Shown here piece after piece: positions 33,495 to 42,932 of a stretch of 64,000 nt of DNA (positions are counted from its first letter, which is position 1; each line of letters begins with the position of its first letter). The stretch covers positions 12,782 to 76,781 of the forward strand of contig JASEFR010000004.1 of the NCBI GenBank assembly GCA_030019025.1, given 5' to 3'. Source of the stretch: a bacterium. GTDB taxonomy: Bacteria; Hydrothermota; Hydrothermia; UBA1063. The notes beneath the pieces are model-generated. The model saw only the letters and a program-made list of their open reading frames with translations, did not search any database and had not been told where the DNA came from. The position numbers and the translations under genes are program-made.

Positions 33495-35465
33495 TTACAC
33501 CTCCTGTTTATTAATTTCAACAATCTCAGTGTACTTTCCTTCCCACCTTAAAGGAAGGAATGGTGTTCCACCGTCGTCATAAAACTGTTTGAAAAACTCA
33601 ACGTATTGCAAGCGCAAAGGATGCACAATTGAGCCAAGAATATTTATTGCAAGGCTGAACAAATGCCCAAAAATAAAGACCAAAGGTCCAAGAATATACC
33701 CGGCAATGGGAATTTGCCAAACGAGCAAAGTTAAGATATTGATCGCCATTGCAATTCCGGAGGAAGTTAGGCCAAGAGCCATTAAACGGACATAGGAAAG
33801 AAGATCCCCTATAAAGCCAACGCCATTATACACATTATAGGCACCTTTTACAATGCGAATAATAAAATTCCTGCTATGTCTTGAGCTGAACAAAACCATT
33901 AAGAGGACAAAAAATAATGCCAGTGCTTTCACGGCGTTATTAAGCAGTGGATTTGAAATTTTACCTGCAAAAAGACCAAGAAAAACAAGGGAAGATAAAA
34001 TAACTATCCAGGCAATAGGCTGAGAAAGGGCTCCAAGGATATCCCCCTCTTTAATCCTCTTGTAAGCATTTACTGCAAGCCCCACATTGACTTGGATGAA
34101 ACCAAGGGCAATCGTTAAACCGAAAAAGGTCATCACATCGTTCATGGGATCAAAAAGCATCATCTTCCTCCGAAACCCATTAAGAAGACCTATATTTGCC
34201 CTTTCAAAGAAATCGCCAAACCACCCGCCCGTGATAGCACCGAAAATCATGGAGGCAATCCCACCAGCAAAAAGAATCCATAAAAGAGGCGCTGAAATTT
34301 TTAGTTTCCTCATAAACCAGATAGACAACAAGGAAAGGAGTAATCCGTAGGCGGCATCCCCGTAGCAAATCCCAAAGAATAGAATAAAGAAGGGCGTAAT
34401 GATCGCTGTGGGATCAGGGTCAACATGAGAGGGAAGCCCGTACATCCTCACCAAACCTTCAAACGGTTTAAAAACACCCTTGTTTTCCAGTTCAACGGGA
34501 ACTTCATCACCATCTTCTGGCTCAATTACTTCATAATAGGCAGTTTCAAATTCGGAAAAGACTTTTTCAAGTCTTTCACGATCCCTTTCCCTCACGTATC
34601 CCTGGTAAGCTGAGATGCAAGCGGTCTTCAGGCCACGGTTATCTATCAATTCTCTATTATAAACCGCCTGATAATAATCGTACAATATAGTAAGGGCATT
34701 ATAGTGTTTGGAAACCTCCTCAATTGCCTGCTTTAAATTTCTCTTTTCCTCTTCAAGGATACTAAGTTTCTCATCCAATTCTCTTAGAATTTCAGCAGGA
34801 CGACCATGGTAACCGTGAAACTCAACGGGTTCAAACTCTTTTTCCTGTAGTGCCGGTCGGATTAAATCCTCATCCTTTTCGTGGTAAATTATAACACCAT
34901 AAGCCCTCTTGCCATCATCAGATACAAGTTGAAATGCTAAGGGGAGTTCCTCAAGTTCAGAAATTTTACCGCTGGGAAGTGAACCCGGTGCCATTATCAA
35001 TTCATCAGTACTCTTAATATCTTCGAGATTATATTCCAGATTAACCCAAGGTAAAATGAAATTTTTTTGAGCCAAAAGGTTGGACTCTTCCTGGGTTAAC
35101 TGAGCCAACTCTTGCTCAAAGGTCTCAACCTGAACAAGAATTGTACCAGGTTCAACACAATGGGCAATCCTAAAAAATTCCTTTTTCTCAACGGGCCTTT
35201 TCGCTTCGTATAAGCTCTCGATGAAGGATCTTTTACGGGTATAACCTTCAAGAAATCTTATCGCATTAGAAAGCCTCGTTAAGACGGACTCGAGATGGGA
35301 TTCAAATTCAACTTCAGAAAGATGAGTAACTTCAAATTCATCTTTTAGATCCTGCCTAATTTCGACAAAATGAACGAGCCCTTCGTCCTGAAGTCGTTCC
35401 AGCAGTTTTTCTCTTTCGGAATAGTGTACGTAAAAAACCACTTTCTCTAAAGGTACTTTTGCCAT
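33495..35465 (-). CDS. atpI: V/A-type ATPase subunit I (a)
   Basis: 656 aa with a soluble N-terminal half plus a C-terminal multi-TM domain carrying a conserved Arg-containing helix. Confidence 0.85.
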   Translation of the reverse strand: MAKVPLEKVVFYVHYSEREKLLERLQDEGLVHFVEIRQDLKDEFEVTHLSEVEFESHLESVLTRLSNAIRFLEGYTRKRSFIESLYEAKRPVEKKEFFRIAHCVEPGTILVQVETFEQELAQLTQEESNLLAQKNFILPWVNLEYNLEDIKSTDELIMAPGSLPSGKISELEELPLAFQLVSDDGKRAYGVIIYHEKDEDLIRPALQEKEFEPVEFHGYHGRPAEILRELDEKLSILEEEKRNLKQAIEEVSKHYNALTILYDYYQAVYNRELIDNRGLKTACISAYQGYVRERDRERLEKVFSEFETAYYEVIEPEDGDEVPVELENKGVFKPFEGLVRMYGLPSHVDPDPTAIITPFFILFFGICYGDAAYGLLLSLLSIWFMRKLKISAPLLWILFAGGIASMIFGAITGGWFGDFFERANIGLLNGFRRKMMLFDPMNDVMTFFGLTIALGFIQVNVGLAVNAYKRIKEGDILGALSQPIAWIVILSSLVFLGLFAGKISNPLLNNAVKALALFFVLLMVLFSSRHSRNFIIRIVKGAYNVYNGVGFIGDLLSYVRLMALGLTSSGIAMAINILTLLVWQIPIAGYILGPLVFIFGHLFSLAINILGSIVHPLRLQYVEFFKQFYDDGGTPFLPLRWEGKYTEIVEINKQEV

Positions 35466-35469
35466 GGGT

Positions 35470-35775
35470 CTATGTAAGTTTACTTATTAAAAACTCAATG
35501 GCTGTCTTTTCCTTCTTCTCCGCCTTACTTTTCAGTTCCTCAACTTTAGCCGACAACTCTCTTTCGTATTCTTTTATCTTCTCCTGCACCAGCTTTTGGG
35601 CTTCCTCATCAACAGTCTGAAGAATTTCCTTCCGCTTATTTAACGCTTCTTCAATTTTCTGGGACGCGAGTTTCTGAGCTTCGCTTATTACAAGATTCGC
35701 CTCTTCTTCAGTCTTTTTAACCAATGTCTCAGCTTCCTTTTCGGCTTCTTTAACCTTCCTGATAATGTCTTCCAT
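35470..35775 (-). CDS. V/A-type ATPase subunit G/H (peripheral stalk)
   Basis: 101-aa highly charged coiled-coil protein at the 5' end of the operon. Confidence 0.6.
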   Translation of the reverse strand: MEDIIRKVKEAEKEAETLVKKTEEEANLVISEAQKLASQKIEEALNKRKEILQTVDEEAQKLVQEKIKEYERELSAKVEELKSKAEKKEKTAIEFLISKLT

Positions 35776-35931
35776 AAGTCCTCCTGTTTTAAATTTTACA
35801 ACATATAGTCAGAAAATCAAAAAGCACAGGTCCAATTAAATAAGATGAGTAAAAATAAATCCTTATACCTAACAGCTTCAAAAAAATAACAGGAGTTTGA
35901 ATTTTTATAATGGGTATAGGATAATAACCTT

Positions 35932-38538
35932 ATGTTGGTTGCGGTAATTATTATTAAATTTTTGCTTTTAGGCGGAACCGCAAAAATCGCCTTTTTACAT
36001 CATGGAAACCAACATTTCTCAGACAATGGCTCTTACGCATTGAGACCTGGGGACTACGGATACAATGGTAACTCTTTCCACCGCACCCTCGATACCCATG
36101 AATATTACAACTGCCCCATTGACATACACATTTCGGGAACACTAACTCAATCTTATACATGGATGCAAAACGATCGCGGCTTACTTAATAGGCTTCGCGG
36201 AGATTTGGTTTACCTCGTCGGCGGTACTTATGCAGAACACATTATGCCTTATGCAGAGAGGAACATTAATAAATTTTCACTCTGGTATGCAAAAACCTTA
36301 TATGAAAACTCAATCAAAGGGGTTGGATGGCCTGAGTATCCGAATGTAATATGGATCCCAGAACGAGTTTTCAAATCAGAGCTCCTTATGCCTTATTCCT
36401 TAATTAAGGTTTTAAACGAAGAATACGGTAAATATGATTCTCAGGGTAGATACCTTGCACCCTGTATTGTCCTGGATGATAATGTCCACGAGTGGTTTTC
36501 TCATACTTATCCCGACGGCAGCACCTGTAACAACTCACGGAAGGTTCACAGAATTTTTGATAGTGAAGGCAATTATGTCTTCGTTGTATTTATTCAAAAG
36601 GTTGCCAGAGATCAGATGGTCTGGAACGACATATCCAACCCTTCAAATCCTCTACATCAACTCCTGTCCTCCCTTGCAAACGATTCAGATCAAGAACAGA
36701 TAGTAATCTATGGCGACGACTGGGAAAAGGCTGCAGGAGTTGCAGGTTGGGATTTCGGTCAAGCGGGGGCACCCGCTTCAAGTTATGATTGGAATATAAG
36801 GTTCATAAAAGAGCAAAATTGGATACAACCAATCCACATCGCTGAGGCTGTAAAATGGTGGGGGGTTGATAAAATTTACGACAGTGATCCATATAACGAC
36901 CCACCTATCATAGACATAAACTATGCAACTTATCAGGAACTCAACGATTGGACAGGTGGAACTTACGACAACTGGTACAACGACTTTAAATCAACCGTAG
37001 GATGGGGATGTGAAACCGGACCTGACTTGAACGGAAATAGTGTTAAAGGTGATTATGAAGATCTGTGGAAATTTGCTTACAACTACCTCATGAATGTCTC
37101 AGATAATGAGTTTGCAAAACTGGGCTGGATCACTTTATCCTCAATGCTTTACGAAACGGCCTGGCATACAGGCCCTGGTGGTGAACTGGTTTACTGGGGA
37201 AAAAATCTATGGAACCACACAAGATATGGAGCAATTTTTGGTTACGGCGCAATTTGGCTTGATTCTCTCAGATTTCAAGAAATCCCCAGAATTGACAGTA
37301 TGGACTTGGATGCAGATGGAATTAGAGAATATGCAATTTACAATGATAAATTGTGCTTAATTTTCGATCGAAGAGGAGGTCGAGCCCTTGTAGTATTTAC
37401 TTCTGATACTTCTTGTGTTGTTGGAAATCTTATGAGTAACTGGAATGGTGAAGGCGATTACAACGATGGCGGACATCCCGGCCTTTTCAATGATTCACAA
37501 GGTGAGAATTCATGGTTTGACGTAAATATGTCCTACTCAGTTGACACCGCAATTATTACTTTTACTGAGAGCTATGCGTGGGACGGAAACCCGCAAAGTG
37601 ACCTAACAAAAATAATAAAACTAACACCTGGTAAAAACTTTGTTTCAGTATCATATAACTCCCTCTACTCCAACTGGACAAAGGCTGGTGTAACACCTTC
37701 ACTCTATAGACAGATTCTTAGTGGATACAACATGAGGCCCCTATACGGGATTAGTGGAAATGGATGGACCTATGGTGGATACGAAAGCCTTTACGATTCT
37801 GTCAAAGCGGTATTCCTCTACCCATCCGGGACTGGATTGACCTTTAATTTCCTTGGCAAAATGTCGTCGGGAGCAGAGCTCATAGAAGTTGGAGGCAAAA
37901 ATGGAACTTACACAATTTACTTTTACGCAGGAAAGGGTGTTCCGGACATAGACTTACCGGGTCCTGGAGACAGGGAAGGTCCAAGAATTTGGAATACAAC
38001 CTTTAGCCCGAATTACAACATACTTGAAACGGATAGTGTGCTTGTGACCTGTAACATTCTCGATCCTTCTGGTATATTAGGTGCTTGGGTAAGATACACA
38101 AACAATAACTGGCAATCCTACACAGATATCCCAATGCTTCCCGATGATGGTCAAAACCGGGATTATAACGGAAACCACGAACCAGATTCTACCCTTTACG
38201 GTGTCTACCTACCTCCTCAACCTACTGGTACCAGGGTATACTTCGCTATTCGTGCAAAAGACAACTCACCTTATCAAAATGAGAACTGGGATAACAACAA
38301 TGGCCAGAATTATTCATACACTGTTGGATTCCAGGATTTCGTCTTAGACGGCATCCTTGATAGAGTTGCTTTTCTTTTAGCCCAAAATGAAAATATGCAT
38401 CTTTACGGTTACTATGATCGAAACACAAAAAGGCTTACGTTGCAACTGAATCCGCAGGTAACGCCTCGGCGAACCAGTCAGGATACTTTTTCAATGATCA
38501 TTTCATTTTTATATCTTTTGATCCCTCTGCTATGGTAA
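35932..38538 (+). CDS. large secreted carbohydrate-active-like protein, N-terminal part (frame interrupted; see 38532..39149)
   Basis: N-terminal hydrophobic signal-like segment. An HHGNQHF motif is weakly reminiscent of GH57-type glycoside hydrolases. Trp/Tyr/Asn-rich carbohydrate-binding-like segments (e.g. NENWDNNNGQNYSYTV). The final roughly 35 aa of this ORF are probably out of frame. Confidence 0.55.
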   Translation: MLVAVIIIKFLLLGGTAKIAFLHHGNQHFSDNGSYALRPGDYGYNGNSFHRTLDTHEYYNCPIDIHISGTLTQSYTWMQNDRGLLNRLRGDLVYLVGGTYAEHIMPYAERNINKFSLWYAKTLYENSIKGVGWPEYPNVIWIPERVFKSELLMPYSLIKVLNEEYGKYDSQGRYLAPCIVLDDNVHEWFSHTYPDGSTCNNSRKVHRIFDSEGNYVFVVFIQKVARDQMVWNDISNPSNPLHQLLSSLANDSDQEQIVIYGDDWEKAAGVAGWDFGQAGAPASSYDWNIRFIKEQNWIQPIHIAEAVKWWGVDKIYDSDPYNDPPIIDINYATYQELNDWTGGTYDNWYNDFKSTVGWGCETGPDLNGNSVKGDYEDLWKFAYNYLMNVSDNEFAKLGWITLSSMLYETAWHTGPGGELVYWGKNLWNHTRYGAIFGYGAIWLDSLRFQEIPRIDSMDLDADGIREYAIYNDKLCLIFDRRGGRALVVFTSDTSCVVGNLMSNWNGEGDYNDGGHPGLFNDSQGENSWFDVNMSYSVDTAIITFTESYAWDGNPQSDLTKIIKLTPGKNFVSVSYNSLYSNWTKAGVTPSLYRQILSGYNMRPLYGISGNGWTYGGYESLYDSVKAVFLYPSGTGLTFNFLGKMSSGAELIEVGGKNGTYTIYFYAGKGVPDIDLPGPGDREGPRIWNTTFSPNYNILETDSVLVTCNILDPSGILGAWVRYTNNNWQSYTDIPMLPDDGQNRDYNGNHEPDSTLYGVYLPPQPTGTRVYFAIRAKDNSPYQNENWDNNNGQNYSYTVGFQDFVLDGILDRVAFLLAQNENMHLYGYYDRNTKRLTLQLNPQVTPRRTSQDTFSMIISFLYLLIPLLW

Positions 38539-39149
38539 ATGCACCATGGGCAAAGCTGGGAGAGGTTGGAAGATATCAGTTCTTCCTGGCTGACGAAGAT
38601 AACAACGATTTTGTAGGCTGGTTCGATTCAACTGGTACCTTAATAGCAGACACAATCCATTTTAAATGCACCTCCTATTACAGTGACTTTGGTTATTTAG
38701 AAGGAGTCATCGATTTATCACCCTACGGAAATTTACAGGTTATTTACATCGCTGTGGGTTCCTACTCAACAGAAGACGGTGGCGCTTTGCAATGGCAGGT
38801 TCCGAGACCTTTGACACAAAACGGAAATATTGAGGGTGAAGAATATTTCACTTATATTATTGATTCATCAGTTGTAAGAGACAGTTTGAACCTTAAAAAG
38901 ATTGTCATCAACAGCATTATAAAAGCAGAAACGCCTATAAAATTAAAAATTCCTCCAGGAATTTCCGGAACCTTTAAAATTTTCATTTACAACATTTATG
39001 GCAGCCTTTTTACTAAAACAGAAATCCAAGCAGACACAAATGACTCTACCATCCAAATTCCTTTTGAAAACGCAGTTCCTGGAGTATACTTTATAAAAGT
39101 AGAAGCTAAAGACCTTAGAACGATCCAAAAAATAGTGGTGGTAAAATGA
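38532..39149 (+). CDS. C-terminal part of the same protein: a T9SS (Por-secretion) C-terminal sorting domain. The frame is open upstream to 38418 with no start or RBS, so this is probably not an independent gene.
   Basis: The C-terminus (...KIFIYNIYGSLFTKTEIQADTNDSTIQIPFENAVPGVYFIKVEAKDLRTIQKIVVVK) matches the T9SS CTD (Por_Secre_tail) pattern. Upstream frame-0 sequence (KKAYVATESAGNASANQSGYFFNDHFIFISFDPSA) joins the preceding ORF. Confidence 0.6.
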   Translation: MVNAPWAKLGEVGRYQFFLADEDNNDFVGWFDSTGTLIADTIHFKCTSYYSDFGYLEGVIDLSPYGNLQVIYIAVGSYSTEDGGALQWQVPRPLTQNGNIEGEEYFTYIIDSSVVRDSLNLKKIVINSIIKAETPIKLKIPPGISGTFKIFIYNIYGSLFTKTEIQADTNDSTIQIPFENAVPGVYFIKVEAKDLRTIQKIVVVK

Positions 39150-39742
39150 GAAGAAACCTACCAAACATAGTAAGCATATTGAGAATACTGCTCAGCTTTT
39201 TTACCCTTTATCTTCTCGACCTTGGGAGGTATGGTACTACCTTTGCAGCTTGCATTCTAATCGTAGTAATAATCTTTACAGACTTCCTTGACGGCTTCCT
39301 CGCAAGAACCCTTAATGCAGAATCGGAGATTGGTGCTATACTTGATATAACAGGCGATCGAATTGTTGAATTCATATTCTGGATCTTTTACGCGGCAAAG
39401 GGACGAATCTCCTTTTGGTTTCCAGTAATTGTAATAACCAGAGACGTTTTGGTGGATACAATAAGGAGTTCGGCTTTCAAGAAAGGTGTAAAACCTTATG
39501 AAATGCATACTAATAGGATCGCCAGATTTATTGTTACCTCAGGCTACTTCAGAACCGGCTACGCTATTTCAAAGGCCATCGCCTTTACGCTTCTTGGGGT
39601 TGACTTATTAACCATTCATGGAAAATTATCTTTCAACATTCACGGAGTTGCCCTTGCCTTCGCCTGGATATCACTAATAATTTGCATAGTACGAGGTCTT
39701 CCAGTGATTTTAGATGCCTGGCCCTACCTCAAAAACAAATGA
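39146..39742 (+). CDS. CDP-alcohol phosphatidyltransferase family protein (PgsA-like)
   Basis: 198 aa, multi-TM. The motif DFLDGFLARTLNAESEIGAILDITGDR corresponds to D-x2-DG-x2-AR...G-x3-D-x3-D. Confidence 0.8.
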   Translation: MRRNLPNIVSILRILLSFFTLYLLDLGRYGTTFAACILIVVIIFTDFLDGFLARTLNAESEIGAILDITGDRIVEFIFWIFYAAKGRISFWFPVIVITRDVLVDTIRSSAFKKGVKPYEMHTNRIARFIVTSGYFRTGYAISKAIAFTLLGVDLLTIHGKLSFNIHGVALAFAWISLIICIVRGLPVILDAWPYLKNK

Positions 39743-40365
39743 ACAAAGCCTGCTTCTTTGACTTAGATGGAACATTAATACCAAATCCCTCTTCAGAAAT
39801 AAGATTTTTGAAAATTCTTTTCAGAAACCTACAAATTTCGCCATCGGGTGTAGTATTATGGCTGCTCGAATCACTTTTTAGATACAAAAATTTCAAAAAT
39901 TCTAAGGCTTACTATCACGGGTTAAAAGTTGAACACGTTTATAAAGTGCTTAAATCAACCCAAAATAAGATTATTAAGGCTATCTCCCAAAAAGCAATAG
40001 ACCATATAGAACAAAGAAGAGAAGAAGGTTATAGGCTTTTTCTCATTACCGGGGCCCCCGACTTTATTGCCCAAGTGGTAAGTGACTATTTAAAACTTGA
40101 AGGATATTATGCATCGTTTCTTGAAACAAGAAATGGTAAATTTACCGGAAAACTAAAGGGGAAAATTCCCTTTGGTAAAAATAAGGAATTTATTTTGAAG
40201 GAGATCGCAAAAAAGGAGGGGATTGAGCTGAAAAATTCAATCACTTATGCAGATCACCATAAAGACATTTACTTCCTTAAAGCTTCGGGAAATTTTTTTG
40301 CGGTGAACCCGACGAGAAAATTGAGAAAAAAAGTTCCTCAAAATCAAATTTTGATCTGGGATTAA
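39739..40365 (+). CDS. HAD-superfamily hydrolase (subfamily IB, phosphoserine-phosphatase-like)
   Basis: The start MNKACFFDLDGTLI gives the DxDGT motif I. An ATGA overlap with the preceding gene indicates translational coupling. The ORF-track start at 39682 is probably too far upstream. Confidence 0.7.
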   Translation: MNKACFFDLDGTLIPNPSSEIRFLKILFRNLQISPSGVVLWLLESLFRYKNFKNSKAYYHGLKVEHVYKVLKSTQNKIIKAISQKAIDHIEQRREEGYRLFLITGAPDFIAQVVSDYLKLEGYYASFLETRNGKFTGKLKGKIPFGKNKEFILKEIAKKEGIELKNSITYADHHKDIYFLKASGNFFAVNPTRKLRKKVPQNQILIWD

Positions 40366-41592
40366 TTAAGTTTTTAACCTTTTCTTCTGGGCTGAAGGCA
40401 AAAAAATGTTGTTCAAAATCAACCTGTACCCTGGAGAATTCTTATATTTTGCCACATCCGTAGGTGGATCCCCTACAAAATGCTGAAAATCTTCAGGGTC
40501 ATGCCCTCCCAGAAAAGTAAAAAAACCCTTTCCCAGTTCACCATAAATATACTTGACATACTCAGTTCCAGGAACATCACCAAGAATCACTGTGTTTTTT
40601 TTCAATTTACTTCTTCTAAAACCGGTGTCCTGCCCCAGAAAGTCTTTTATAACCGTCTTGTGATTCTGAGTAAGAATACAGGGAATAAGGTCAATCTTGG
40701 GGGAAAATTGGTGCAGGACAAAGTAAGCATTCTCCTCTCCCAGCTGTGCTACTTCCTGAGTCATGTCCACATCGGAGTGTTCATATACATAAAATTGTGG
40801 AAAAAGTTTAAAGTCTCTGAAAGCAATAGTTTTTGAATAGTCGAGTTTGAAATTACAATTTGGATCAAAGGGCGTTCCATCGAAAGGAACATCCAGAATA
40901 TCGACGCCTTCTGATGCAAGTGCGATATCTAAGGTTATGGGGGCAGAACACATAGCAAATAAGTATTTACCCCCGCTGATATAATTATAAAAGGTCTTAG
41001 CAATCGCCCTCTCCAATTCGGCCACATTTCTAAACCCAAGCTTTAAAGCAAGTGACTTTTTAAATTCCACCTGCTTTTTGTACCAATCAGCGTTTCCATA
41101 AGAAGCATAAAACTTCCCAAATTGCGCTGTAAAATCTTCATGGTGCAAGTGAAGCCAGTCAAAATCCTTGAGACGTCCGTTTAAGACCTCTTCGTCGTAT
41201 ATCTGTTCAAAAGGGATTTGTGCATATTCAAGTACCATAATAACAGGGTCATCCCACGGCTCATAATAAGGTGGCGCATAAACACCTACCCTTGGCGCAT
41301 TTTCGAGAATAATAAACTCAAAATTCTCGCTTTTGGAACGTTCTTGGAGTTCTACCACTTTTTCTTCGGGGATCAATTCATATGATACTCCTGTAATTGA
41401 AAGGAGTTCATGCACGATCTTTGCATCATCAAGGAGAAAGGACCCCCCTCTATAATTAAGAATCCATTCTGCTTTTACTCCAGCTCTTAAAGAGTTATAG
41501 ACCACCCCATAAGCCCTAAGATGGTCAAATTGTGTATCATCCATTGGGATAAATATGTAATAGCTAACGACAATTTTTAAAAGAAACTTCAT
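40366..41592 (-). CDS. hypothetical protein (408 aa); possible class-I glutamine-amidotransferase-like/DJ-1-ThuA-type fold
   Basis: N-terminal hydrophobic segment. The FAMCSAPITL motif resembles the DJ-1/PfpI nucleophile elbow. Otherwise no confident family assignment. Confidence 0.4.
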   Translation of the reverse strand: MKFLLKIVVSYYIFIPMDDTQFDHLRAYGVVYNSLRAGVKAEWILNYRGGSFLLDDAKIVHELLSITGVSYELIPEEKVVELQERSKSENFEFIILENAPRVGVYAPPYYEPWDDPVIMVLEYAQIPFEQIYDEEVLNGRLKDFDWLHLHHEDFTAQFGKFYASYGNADWYKKQVEFKKSLALKLGFRNVAELERAIAKTFYNYISGGKYLFAMCSAPITLDIALASEGVDILDVPFDGTPFDPNCNFKLDYSKTIAFRDFKLFPQFYVYEHSDVDMTQEVAQLGEENAYFVLHQFSPKIDLIPCILTQNHKTVIKDFLGQDTGFRRSKLKKNTVILGDVPGTEYVKYIYGELGKGFFTFLGGHDPEDFQHFVGDPPTDVAKYKNSPGYRLILNNIFLPSAQKKRLKT

Positions 41593-42794
41593 CTCTTTTT
41601 TCTATCTCTCCAGTGAAGGGCAAGCCCCCCTTTTGCAGTCTCTTTATAAGCCGAGGGAAGGTCTCTTCCCGTTTCCATCATCGTTTTAAGGACCGAATCA
41701 AAGGAAATCATATGTCTCCCGTCAGAATAGAGAGCATAAACTGCACACTCTAAAGCCCTACCGGCTGCAACCGCATTTCTTTCAATACAGGGGATTTGTA
41801 CATATCCAAGAATTGGGTCACAGGTAAGCCCGAGATGATGTTCAATCCCCATTTCGGCAGCATACTCAACCTGAAAGATTGTTCCACCAAGAACTTGAGT
41901 AGCTGCAGCAGCAGCCATAGCACAGGCAACTCCAATCTCGCCCTGACAACCCACCTCTGCTCCGGAAATGGAAGCATTCTCCCTAACAAGCGCACCAACA
42001 AGACCTGCAGTAGCAAGGGCTCTAAGAATCTTATCTTCAGTAAGATTATACTCTTCCTTTAAAAAGTAAAGCACAGCAGGGACAACTCCACAGGATCCAC
42101 AGGTGGGCGCTGTTACAATAAGCCCTCCTGCTGCGTTCTCCTCAGCCACCGCAAGGGCATAAGAAAAGACTTTACCCTTATTGTATTTAATATTTTTAGA
42201 ATTCACTGCCTTAATGTAGTATGACCAGGCCTTTCTGGGAAGGTGTAACTCTCCAGGGAGAACACCTTCATTATTCAAACCCCGAGCTATTGAATCCTCC
42301 ATTACCTTCCATACTTTTTTTAAATAATTCCAGATCTCTTTTCCCTCGTGAAATTCAACAAACTCCCAAAAGCTCCTACCCTCTGATTCACACCAATCCA
42401 GAATCTCCTCCATAGTGTTTAACGGATAGACGTCTTCTTTTTTAAAAATATCTTCTTCGGTCTTTACTATGCCTCCTCCAATGCTGTAAAAAACCTTCTC
42501 GGCGATAAGATTTCCTGAACTGTCAAAGCCCTCGAACTTTAATGCATTGGGATGTAGAGGTAAATACTCATCAGGTTTTTCCAAAACTTCTAGTTTACCA
42601 TCAAAGGACTTTCGCAAAGCCTCCTCAGTGAGATGACCCTTACCGGTGGCAGCAAGACTTCCAAAAAGCGTAATCTTCAAAGAAACCACTTTGGGGAACT
42701 TTCTTAGAAACACTCTGAGGGCTTCAACGGGACCCATTGTATGGGATGAAGAAGGACCATAACCCACATTAAAAATGAGTTTGATTGACTCCAT
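41589..42794 (-). CDS. sdaA: L-serine dehydratase, iron-sulfur dependent (single-chain alpha+beta)
   Basis: The start at the internal Met (MESIKLIFNVGYGPSSSHTMGP) matches the SDH beta-domain N-terminus, with Cys-rich alpha-domain motifs downstream. The ORF-track start at 42896 adds a spurious 34 aa. Confidence 0.85.
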   Translation of the reverse strand: MESIKLIFNVGYGPSSSHTMGPVEALRVFLRKFPKVVSLKITLFGSLAATGKGHLTEEALRKSFDGKLEVLEKPDEYLPLHPNALKFEGFDSSGNLIAEKVFYSIGGGIVKTEEDIFKKEDVYPLNTMEEILDWCESEGRSFWEFVEFHEGKEIWNYLKKVWKVMEDSIARGLNNEGVLPGELHLPRKAWSYYIKAVNSKNIKYNKGKVFSYALAVAEENAAGGLIVTAPTCGSCGVVPAVLYFLKEEYNLTEDKILRALATAGLVGALVRENASISGAEVGCQGEIGVACAMAAAAATQVLGGTIFQVEYAAEMGIEHHLGLTCDPILGYVQIPCIERNAVAAGRALECAVYALYSDGRHMISFDSVLKTMMETGRDLPSAYKETAKGGLALHWRDRKKR

Positions 42795-42874
42795 ATTGAA
42801 TGTAATTATAAAACTCACAGTTTGAAATAGAAACTTAGAAATTAACGCAAAAAAGACTAAAATATGAGCAAATT

Positions 42875-42903
42875 TTGACTGACCACCATTTTTCACATAA
42901 AAT
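42875..42903 (+). promoter_or_regulatory. candidate sigma70-type promoter for the marR operon (TTGACT-N17-TAAAAT)
   Basis: TTGACT at 42875-42880 and TAAAAT at 42898-42903, about 30 nt upstream of the marR ATG (RBS AGGAGG at 42920-42925). Confidence 0.45.
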
Positions 42904-42932
42904 AGTTAGCAATACGAACAGGAGGTTTAGTT

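Noticed and set aside
39682-39738. N-terminal extension of the HAD hydrolase ORF (MHSTRSSSDFRCLALPQKQ...)
   Set aside because: It overlaps the PgsA-like gene by 60 nt. The ATGA-coupled internal Met at 39739 gives the canonical DxDGT N-terminus.
42875-42885. TTGACTGACCA sharing 10 nt with a half-site of the TetR operator (18315-18327)
   Set aside because: Here the TTGACT is better explained as the -35 box of a sigma70 promoter (TTGACT-N17-TAAAAT) for marR. A single 10-mer match in 64 kb is near chance expectation.
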